A stretch of DNA of 64,000 nt, taken from positions 1-64,000 of IMG/VR virus record IMGVR_UViG_3300007067_000087, one strand, 5' to 3'. Position 1 is the stretch's first letter, and every line of letters starts with the position of its first letter. This document shows, one piece after another, positions 7,600 through 14,447 of this stretch. The DNA comes from a virus. Taxonomy: Duplodnaviria > Caudoviricetes. Both the position numbers and the translations under genes were made by a program. Under the pieces are notes generated by a model. It saw only the letters and a program-made list of their open reading frames with translations. It was not told where the DNA came from and ran no database searches.

Positions 7600-9600
7600 A
7601 TGTACGGCAAACGTATTTTCCTATTCGGTGACAAAGATAATTGTGACTGGCAAGGCTCTTATGACGAAGCCAAAAAGCTACTTGGTGGCAAGGGTGCAGG
7701 GCTGGTTGAAATGGTCAAGGCAGGGCTTCCTGTCCCACCGGGTTTTACCATCACCACCACAACCTGCAATGAATATCTTGCATTGCCTGAGAATGAACGA
7801 GCCAACTTTATCAAGCAATTGATGGTTGAGGTTTTGGCCTTTGACGAACGTCTGAAATGGGCTTATGGTACGGATTACTCTCCACTTGTCAGTGTTCGTT
7901 CCGGGGCATCGGTGTCAATGCCCGGTATGATGGACACAATCTTGAATATCGGCCTGACAACGGGTAGTTTTCCTGTTTGGGCGAACAGATTGGGAGAAAG
8001 AGCAGCATGGGACAGTTATCGCCGTCTTATCCAGATGTTGGGTTCAACCGCTTACAATATTCCCCATAACAAATTTGAAGAAATCTTGAGCGGTGTTAAA
8101 AATACCGCACAGGTGAGTTCTGATACGGATTTATTAATTGGCGAGTTACAAATCGCCTCTTATCATTATACGGAGCTTTTTAAGAAAAGTGTAGGAGCAG
8201 AATTTCCAGACAGTCGTGAAGAACAACTGGCTGCCGCAATCAGGGCTGTTTTTGACAGTTGGGAAAACCCAAGAGCTATTGAATATCGCAAGATCAATAA
8301 TATTGATTCAGCCATAGGAACGGCCGTCACTGTTCAGGCTATGGTGTTCGGCAATATGAATGAACAAAGCGGTTCAGGCGTGGCTTTCACCCGCAACCCG
8401 TTGACGGGAGAGAAAAAGCTGCTTGGTGAATATCTCCCCAATGCACAAGGAGAAGATGTTGTCGCAGGTATCAGAACCCCGATTGATGTCCGCGCTTACA
8501 TTGCAGATCATAATCCGTCTTGGGCAGATGAATTTTGGCAGCTTGAGAACATCTTGGAGGGCATGTATAAAGACATGGTGGATTTTGAGTTTACCGTGCA
8601 AGACAACAAACTCTACATCCTGCAAGCGCGTGTAGGAAAAAGATCAGCACAATCGGCTTTTACCATCGCCATTGATTTAGTAGAAGAACAGGTCATTGAT
8701 GAACAGACAGCTTTAAGCCGATTAACAAAAGCACAATTCAAAACATTACGCCGTCCACGCATTGATGATGCTTTCAAGGAACTCCCACATTATCAAGGTT
8801 TAGCGGCTTGCCCCGGCATTGTCAGCGGCATACCGGTTTTTAGTTCACAATCTGCAATTGATTGCAACAAGCCTTGTGTTTTGATCACAGAAGAAACAAC
8901 GCCTGATGATATTACTGGCATGAATGCTGCTGTTGGTATTCTTACCCGCACCGGTGGGGCAACCAGTCATGCCGCTGTTGTGGCAAGAGCGATGGATAAA
9001 GTCTGTATTGTTGGCTGTACTGATCTTGATTTTGAAGCCCTCAAAAATGCCAAGCAGATTACATTGGACGGCAGTACTGGTCGGGTATGGATTGATACGG
9101 ATGTTCCCGTCATTGATAGCTCCGACAGCAAGTTGATCAAAACCGTTCAAGAATGGAGTTTTAAGAACACGAATTACGACCTCAGCACCCCGGCCTATGT
9201 TGAAACCGAGCATGACCAGATCATATCTGCCGCTTATTGGTGGGGGCAAGAAGAGGTGTTGGAAGCCGTATTGAGTGATTTATGTGGCAAATCTAATCTC
9301 GGTGATGTTATTTTTGACATAAAATCAAAACGCCATTTCCTCAATGAAGCCGATACGTTGCTTTATGATTGCTCCAATTTTGATGAAGCAAAAGACTTTT
9401 CTAAAACTATTATCAAACAATTAAAGTCAAAGGCCAAACACTTAAAGGGACTGTATTTGGTGGATACGGATTTTGAACCTGACAGCAAGCAAGAAAAAAC
9501 TTTGTTGGATGCTGGTTATCAAATGCTTGCCTCGAATAAAACCAGTTTACGCCGTGCCGTTAATGCTGATACAGCCGCCTTTATTGCCTTATCTGCTTGA
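7600..9600 (+). CDS. PPDK-like dikinase: ATP-grasp plus phospho-His swivel domain, lacking the PEP/pyruvate TIM barrel
   Basis: LLGGKGAGL, VSVRSGA.VSMPGMMDTILN, AQGEDVVAGIRTP, GGATSHAAVVAR; only about 165 aa follow the His domain. Confidence 0.9.
   Translation: MYGKRIFLFGDKDNCDWQGSYDEAKKLLGGKGAGLVEMVKAGLPVPPGFTITTTTCNEYLALPENERANFIKQLMVEVLAFDERLKWAYGTDYSPLVSVRSGASVSMPGMMDTILNIGLTTGSFPVWANRLGERAAWDSYRRLIQMLGSTAYNIPHNKFEEILSGVKNTAQVSSDTDLLIGELQIASYHYTELFKKSVGAEFPDSREEQLAAAIRAVFDSWENPRAIEYRKINNIDSAIGTAVTVQAMVFGNMNEQSGSGVAFTRNPLTGEKKLLGEYLPNAQGEDVVAGIRTPIDVRAYIADHNPSWADEFWQLENILEGMYKDMVDFEFTVQDNKLYILQARVGKRSAQSAFTIAIDLVEEQVIDEQTALSRLTKAQFKTLRRPRIDDAFKELPHYQGLAACPGIVSGIPVFSSQSAIDCNKPCVLITEETTPDDITGMNAAVGILTRTGGATSHAAVVARAMDKVCIVGCTDLDFEALKNAKQITLDGSTGRVWIDTDVPVIDSSDSKLIKTVQEWSFKNTNYDLSTPAYVETEHDQIISAAYWWGQEEVLEAVLSDLCGKSNLGDVIFDIKSKRHFLNEADTLLYDCSNFDEAKDFSKTIIKQLKSKAKHLKGLYLVDTDFEPDSKQEKTLLDAGYQMLASNKTSLRRAVNADTAAFIALSA
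8853..8866. promoter_or_regulatory. Palindrome site (intragenic)
   Basis: TGCAATTGATTGCA in PPDK-like gene. Confidence 0.65.
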
Positions 9601-9641
9601 TGTATAAGAATTTAATTTCAACTCAAAATGAGGGCGAATAA

Positions 9642-9932
9642 ATGGCTTTGGTTTTATCCATCAAGCAAGGACATGATTTCTACATTGGTGACATACGCTA
9701 TTCAATAGAGGCTGTACAACCTGATGGTTGTACTTTACACCAGCATGGAGAAATGCAAGACAAATTTTTTGATGTCACTTGCGATAAAGTAACGGAGGTT
9801 GCCCCGCAAATCTTTATCCGTGCTGGACTGGCATCCCGTAAGGGAGAGGTCAGCCTCGACATCAAAGCTCCTAAAAATATTCTCATTTTACGCGGGGGTA
9901 TAATGAACGCACATCCAAACCAACAAGTCTGA
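9642..9932 (+). CDS. CsrA/RsmA-like small protein with an internal insertion
   Basis: N-terminal LVLSIKQGHDFYIG and C-terminal EVSLDIKAPKNILILR resemble CsrA LVLTRkvGEsIvIG / VriGIeAPkevsIhR. Confidence 0.45.
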   Translation: MALVLSIKQGHDFYIGDIRYSIEAVQPDGCTLHQHGEMQDKFFDVTCDKVTEVAPQIFIRAGLASRKGEVSLDIKAPKNILILRGGIMNAHPNQQV

Positions 9933-9967
9933 ACATGCGCTCATTGCATTAACAACAATCTTGCCCG

Positions 9968-10132
9968 CTAGCTGGCTTTCTTGCCGTTATCGTTGTTCGC
10001 GGAAACAGGGATAGGAAATGCCCTTATTCCATATTGTTTCGCATAGATCACTTTACCGTTTGGCAAGGTGATTGACGTACGAAAAATAAAATCTTTCCCT
10101 TTTTTAGGAGAAGTTTTGTCTTTTTTAGCCAT
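9968..10132 (-). CDS. 54-aa basic small protein (below the ORF-track cutoff)
   Basis: MAKKDKTSPKKGKDFIFRTSITLPNGKVIYAKQYGIRAFPIPVSANNDNGKKAS*, AAGGA SD about 8 nt upstream on the - strand. Confidence 0.7.
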   Translation of the reverse strand: MAKKDKTSPKKGKDFIFRTSITLPNGKVIYAKQYGIRAFPIPVSANNDNGKKAS

Positions 10133-10155
10133 AGAAAATTCCTTTTAGGCTATTG

Positions 10156-10216
10156 ACCGACACCTTCCCGACAAGTAGAAAAGGATTGTTGTTGTCTACT
10201 TGTGGTGGGTGTCGGT
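10156..10216. ncRNA. Long interrupted stem-loop (candidate sRNA or leader)
   Basis: ACCGACACC 10156-64 pairs with GGTGTCGGT 10208-16; ACAAGTAGA 10171-79 pairs with TCTACTTGT 10195-203. Confidence 0.4.
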
Positions 10217-10255
10217 TCTGTTTCAATAGAACTTATGTCCTACAGGTAAATCCCC

Positions 10256-10288
10256 AAGCCCTCTGCACGCCAATGCAGGGGGCTTTTT
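10256..10288 (+). terminator. Rho-independent terminator
   Basis: AAGCCCTCTGCA-cgccaa-TGCAGGGGGCTT followed by T run. Confidence 0.75.
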
Positions 10289-10324
10289 GATTCGCAGTCG
10301 TATATTAAAGTCTATCTTCGCAAG

Positions 10325-10340
10325 ACTCAATAATTTGAGT
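10325..10340. promoter_or_regulatory. Palindromic operator candidate in a divergent promoter region
   Basis: ACTCAA-taat-TTGAGT between the small - strand ORF and the wHTH gene at 10441. Confidence 0.35.
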
Positions 10341-10440
10341 TCTAAAATAAGACTTATTAACGAGAAACACACAATAAATTTGAATAAATTATGATTTCAT
10401 GATAGATTTGAGTTTATATTATTCATTATGAGGTGATTGA

Positions 10441-10914
10441 GTGGCTCATGATATTGATAGAATGGTGACTGAACGAAAAAGGCTATTAAAGCAAAAGGCT
10501 ATCATTGAGGAACGTTTGAGTATTATTGAGGGCATACTTGCCTTGAATAAAAAACTTGAAAATGCTCCAGCCGTTTATTTTGGTGATAATTTCTCTGAAT
10601 TTTCAATCGTAGGAAGAGGTAGGAAAAGACCCCGAGGTGTATTACCCCCGTCAGAAATCGTGACCAATGTTCGTGAATTGCTCATAGAAGCCGGTAGGCC
10701 GATGAACCGGCGTGAATTACTTAAAGAGCTTGAGAGGCGGAATATACCTGTCATAGGAAAAGACCGCGCAAAAGTTGTCGGTACAATCGTTTGGCGAGCT
10801 AAAGAGCCAGATGGCTCGCCCTCCTTTATTAATACAGAGAAAGGTTATTGGCCGTCTGACATTCCTTTACCATCAGTACAATCAACACAAACAACAGGAA
10901 ATAAAAATGAATAA
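10441..10914 (+). CDS. Coiled-coil plus winged-helix hypothetical protein
   Basis: N-terminal heptads; VRELLIEAGRPMNRRELLKEL...KGYW is wHTH-like. Confidence 0.5.
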   Translation: MAHDIDRMVTERKRLLKQKAIIEERLSIIEGILALNKKLENAPAVYFGDNFSEFSIVGRGRKRPRGVLPPSEIVTNVRELLIEAGRPMNRRELLKELERRNIPVIGKDRAKVVGTIVWRAKEPDGSPSFINTEKGYWPSDIPLPSVQSTQTTGNKNE

Positions 10915-11401
10915 ATTGAAACCAAATGGACAATTTGAACTAAATTTGGGCTGGAAGAGAGCGGGCATTACATTGGATATAACGGGTGGGCCTTATGATG
11001 CTTATCCCGGCCAACCCTATTTGGGGGTCTGTGTGCGGGCAGAACAGACAGCGGGACGGCTCATGGATGTACATCTACCGATTGATGATTTTTCTGTTCC
11101 CCGACACGATGATGAAGTACTGAAAGCCCTTGAAAAGACAATCCGCGCTGGTCTGGCGGGCAGGAAAATCTATATTGGGTGTATGGGTGGATGGGGACGC
11201 ACGGGGTTATTTATGGCTCTGCTTGTCAAGGCGTTAGGTGTAGAAGAACCGGTGAGTTTCATCCGCCAACATTATACGCCCCGTGCCGTTGAGACCAAGG
11301 AACAGCAATTCTATGTCAAGAATTTTGATGTGTCTCCCATCAGCCGCAATTTGTGGAAGTGGGCTTGGAAAGCAAGACTGTTCTCATTTTTTAGAAAATA
11401 A
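10907..11401 (+). CDS. CX5R protein-tyrosine/dual-specificity phosphatase-like protein 1
   Basis: LPIDDFSVP (general-acid loop), IYIGCMGGWGRTG, AVETKEQ. Confidence 0.85.
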   Translation: MNKLKPNGQFELNLGWKRAGITLDITGGPYDAYPGQPYLGVCVRAEQTAGRLMDVHLPIDDFSVPRHDDEVLKALEKTIRAGLAGRKIYIGCMGGWGRTGLFMALLVKALGVEEPVSFIRQHYTPRAVETKEQQFYVKNFDVSPISRNLWKWAWKARLFSFFRK

Positions 11402-11403
11402 TT

Positions 11404-11417
11404 TGCAATTGATTGCG
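11404..11417. promoter_or_regulatory. Palindrome variant
   Basis: TGCAATTGATTGCG after phosphatase 1 stop. Confidence 0.7.
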
Positions 11418-11487
11418 ATTTATTATTGTTCTTTGTTGTCTTTCCTTTAAGATTAAATCATATCCTTTAAAAACCATGGAGGGTTTG

Positions 11488-12552
11488 ATGTCTTTGGTTT
11501 CTCCTCGCAGCACACTTGATTTTCACCTTTCTCGCCCGTTGACTTGCTACCGTGACATGAGCCAAGTACCGTTAAAGACGTTTATCAAGAAATTCCGTAG
11601 CTGCCTAAGTAAGGCTGACAAGGTTGCTCCAGAAACAGAGGCTTTGTGGTTTTATGGCTTAAATCATTGCCTAGCTATCATCCAGAGAAAATATGATCGT
11701 TTTGAGCCGATGGATGAAGAGGATGTCAATTTTGTTGATGATTATTACAACATCCTGTCAGAGAAAGCTGTGCGAGCATTTTATTATCTGGTTGCGATTT
11801 GTGTACGAGAAGTTCGGCACAACAAATCTTCGATTGATGATCTGGAAAAAATGATAGAGTTATTTGGAGAGGATACTGCTAAATGGTTCTCCAAAATCGA
11901 GAATGAAAAACAAATTCTTGAACGTTTTACGAAAGAGCCACCCGATACCAGTCTCGGGCATTTCTTTGAATGTATCCGCTGGCAATTCTATAACAGCGTA
12001 TGGTTACAAGGCTATGGTGGCAAAGCATGGGGCAATGTCACCGATTGTTTATTGCGTTTTATCAAAGGAGAAACTTCAGCAGAAATTATGCTGGATACGG
12101 TCTGGACACTCTCGCACAATAACGGGCCGATATTTAACAAGGGGCATTTTTACAGTCAATATGGTAAAGCCTTACCTCGCATCCTTGATATTCAACGCTC
12201 CGGTCAGATACCGGAAGCCATTTTGTATGATAGTGTCATTGTCAGTTTCTACAACACTGAACTTTTGGTTAGAATTGCGAAATTTATAACACATAATCCT
12301 GATCACATTGGCGAATATGTTGATTGGTATAAAGTAGAAGCATTGGGTACTTTGCATAGTTATCCGCAAGAAAAAGGGGAACAGCTTGCCAAATATGGTA
12401 TGACAGAGAGCAACAAACAGTATCTATCTCAAGCTGAAAAACAGAAACAAATGGCTGAGCAACAAAAGATACAAGCACAAATTGAGTTTGAGAAAACCCA
12501 TTACACCATTATGCCTGGGATTCATGTCAAGAAATTTGAACGGGCAGCCTGA
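11488..12552 (+). CDS. Conserved-looking hypothetical phage protein
   Basis: Long ORF with GGAGG SD; motifs GYGGKAWGNVTD and LSHNNGPIFNKG. Confidence 0.55.
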   Translation: MSLVSPRSTLDFHLSRPLTCYRDMSQVPLKTFIKKFRSCLSKADKVAPETEALWFYGLNHCLAIIQRKYDRFEPMDEEDVNFVDDYYNILSEKAVRAFYYLVAICVREVRHNKSSIDDLEKMIELFGEDTAKWFSKIENEKQILERFTKEPPDTSLGHFFECIRWQFYNSVWLQGYGGKAWGNVTDCLLRFIKGETSAEIMLDTVWTLSHNNGPIFNKGHFYSQYGKALPRILDIQRSGQIPEAILYDSVIVSFYNTELLVRIAKFITHNPDHIGEYVDWYKVEALGTLHSYPQEKGEQLAKYGMTESNKQYLSQAEKQKQMAEQQKIQAQIEFEKTHYTIMPGIHVKKFERAA

Positions 12553-12563
12553 AGGAAACCCTC

Positions 12564-13229
12564 ATGAAACATAAGAATTTGAATGACGTTCTATATGGTG
12601 ATCGCGCCGACATTAGACACAACCGTGATGTAATTGATTTTGCAGAACAAGGAAAGCAACAAGAACGTTGTTATCACACCCACCCGCCCTTGAAACTGCC
12701 AAACAGTAAATTTGTCATTTATGGCGGCTCATGCAGTTCTCCGATTGTCAAGGACGCTGATATTTATATTGGCCTTTGCCATACGATGAAGCAGACGGAA
12801 AGGCGTTTCCCATGGGTGAAAGGTGAAGAGATTTATTTTCCCATCCCCGATATGAGTATCCCGAAAGACGTTGAGAATTTTAAAGCTCTTATCACATGGA
12901 CAAAGAAACAGATTGAGGCAGGTGCAAAAGTCCATGTTGGTTGTATCGGCGGACATGGGAGAACAGGGACATTTCTTGCCTCTCTTGTTAGTCTTTATGG
13001 TGAAAAAGATGCGATCCGTTATGTTCGTAAACATTATTGCCACAAGGCGGTTGAGTGTAAGCTACAGGTAGAGTTTTTAGGTCTGCATTTCGGAATAATA
13101 AACGCCGAGGGCTACAAGGACAAACAAGATCGCAAAAAATCTTTCAATTCCAGACAACAGCCTGTAACTAAAAAAGGCGCAAATTTAAAACTCATCACCC
13201 CTGTTCAAAGTGCTATGGCAATATGGTAA
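12564..13229 (+). CDS. CX5R protein-tyrosine/dual-specificity phosphatase-like protein 2
   Basis: FPIPDMSIP, VHVGCIGGHGRTG, AVECKLQ. Confidence 0.85.
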   Translation: MKHKNLNDVLYGDRADIRHNRDVIDFAEQGKQQERCYHTHPPLKLPNSKFVIYGGSCSSPIVKDADIYIGLCHTMKQTERRFPWVKGEEIYFPIPDMSIPKDVENFKALITWTKKQIEAGAKVHVGCIGGHGRTGTFLASLVSLYGEKDAIRYVRKHYCHKAVECKLQVEFLGLHFGIINAEGYKDKQDRKKSFNSRQQPVTKKGANLKLITPVQSAMAIW

Positions 13230-13234
13230 TAATT

Positions 13235-13248
13235 TGCAATTGATTGCA
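13235..13248. promoter_or_regulatory. Palindrome site
   Basis: TGCAATTGATTGCA after phosphatase 2 stop. Confidence 0.75.
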
Positions 13249-13312
13249 GATATAATATTGCGTCCCCACGATTAAAGGCTAAGATGAATAATACACCAAA
13301 ACGGCAAAAGAC

Positions 13313-13819
13313 ATGGAGGTTGAAATGCCGGTGACAATTATCAACAAGAACCAACCATCCCCCAAAATATGGGCGTTGAAAATGCTGCCCGTTAAGGACG
13401 TTTCAAGTGACATTCCTGCCTCCACGCTCTCCAATTTGTGGCCTGAATTTGATCGCAACCAGATGAAGACTGCACCTCTTGTCTGCTTAATTGAGGCAAC
13501 ACAAATGTATCAGCCTGTATCAGGCTCAACTGAGGGAAGTCGGTATTTCGTTGTTGCTGGCAATCAACGTTTAAAAGTCGCTGCCCGTTACCATAACAAA
13601 AGGCTGTCTTGTCGCTTGGAGGGAGAAGATTTGAACAAAAATTACACGCAAAAAGATTTGGGAGCGTTCAATATCAAAAGTGAAAATCATGCTTCGTTTC
13701 ATGCCGAGATTGATAATCTGAAACTGGCAGCAAAAACATTGGGGGCGGTATTGATGGATTTAAATCTTAGCTTTGAAACGCCAATTCCCAATTTTGATAT
13801 TATCAGGGCGGCATCATGA
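13313..13819 (+). CDS. Hypothetical phage protein
   Basis: ORF in operon context downstream of a palindrome and promoter. Confidence 0.5.
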   Translation: MEVEMPVTIINKNQPSPKIWALKMLPVKDVSSDIPASTLSNLWPEFDRNQMKTAPLVCLIEATQMYQPVSGSTEGSRYFVVAGNQRLKVAARYHNKRLSCRLEGEDLNKNYTQKDLGAFNIKSENHASFHAEIDNLKLAAKTLGAVLMDLNLSFETPIPNFDIIRAAS

Positions 13820-14022
13820 TGACTTTAGATGAATTTAAATCTCTGCAAATTGGCGACCAGTTGGAGCTTGAACCGTTATTGCCAAAGATTGATGATGAAC
13901 CCGTACTTTTGACCATGACCGGTAGCTACAAGAATCGCCGCAGCTTCATCGCCACCCTTTATGGTGTTCCCATGCGAACGGTTGAGGCAATTGAGATGGA
14001 AGGCAAGATCAGATGGATTTAG
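13816..14022 (+). CDS. Hypothetical protein
   Basis: Overlapping start/stop coupling with neighbours. Confidence 0.45.
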   Translation: MMTLDEFKSLQIGDQLELEPLLPKIDDEPVLLTMTGSYKNRRSFIATLYGVPMRTVEAIEMEGKIRWI

Positions 14023-14447
14023 TTTATAATGCTTTGTGTCAAGTAGCGGATATTCTACAAATCAAGTTCCAGTGGGATGAATACAATCTCAAAATCAAGA
14101 GCAAGGCTCGCCGCACCTTTCACCCCTCTGACCTCACCTTTTCTATGCCGCTTTCTTTCCCCTCAAGCCGCATTTTTGAAACGCGATTTCTAACCATCAT
14201 CCATCTCAAGGGAAAACTGGCTTTGCTGCTGGATGTACCGATTGAACTTTCTTCCTATTATACGATGTTGCATTTCTTTGATCTTGGCGCAACGGGTGAT
14301 CCTGAAAATTTTCTTGAGGGTATGAAATGTACGGATGAGCGTGATTGTATAGATCAACTCTTTCCTGCCATCGTCAAAAGCTTTTATTTTGATAGTGCTA
14401 CCGATATGTGGCAACCAGTGTCCCGATTGAGTGAGAAACAGGCATGA
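14013..14447 (+). CDS. Hypothetical protein
   Basis: Coupled to the DNA polymerase start (ATGA overlap). Confidence 0.45.
   Translation: MDLVYNALCQVADILQIKFQWDEYNLKIKSKARRTFHPSDLTFSMPLSFPSSRIFETRFLTIIHLKGKLALLLDVPIELSSYYTMLHFFDLGATGDPENFLEGMKCTDERDCIDQLFPAIVKSFYFDSATDMWQPVSRLSEKQA

Noticed and set aside
7600-9600. Ordinary host ppdK or a gluconeogenic auxiliary metabolic gene
   Set aside because: The C-terminal PEP/pyruvate-binding barrel is absent and the gene is embedded among phage genes
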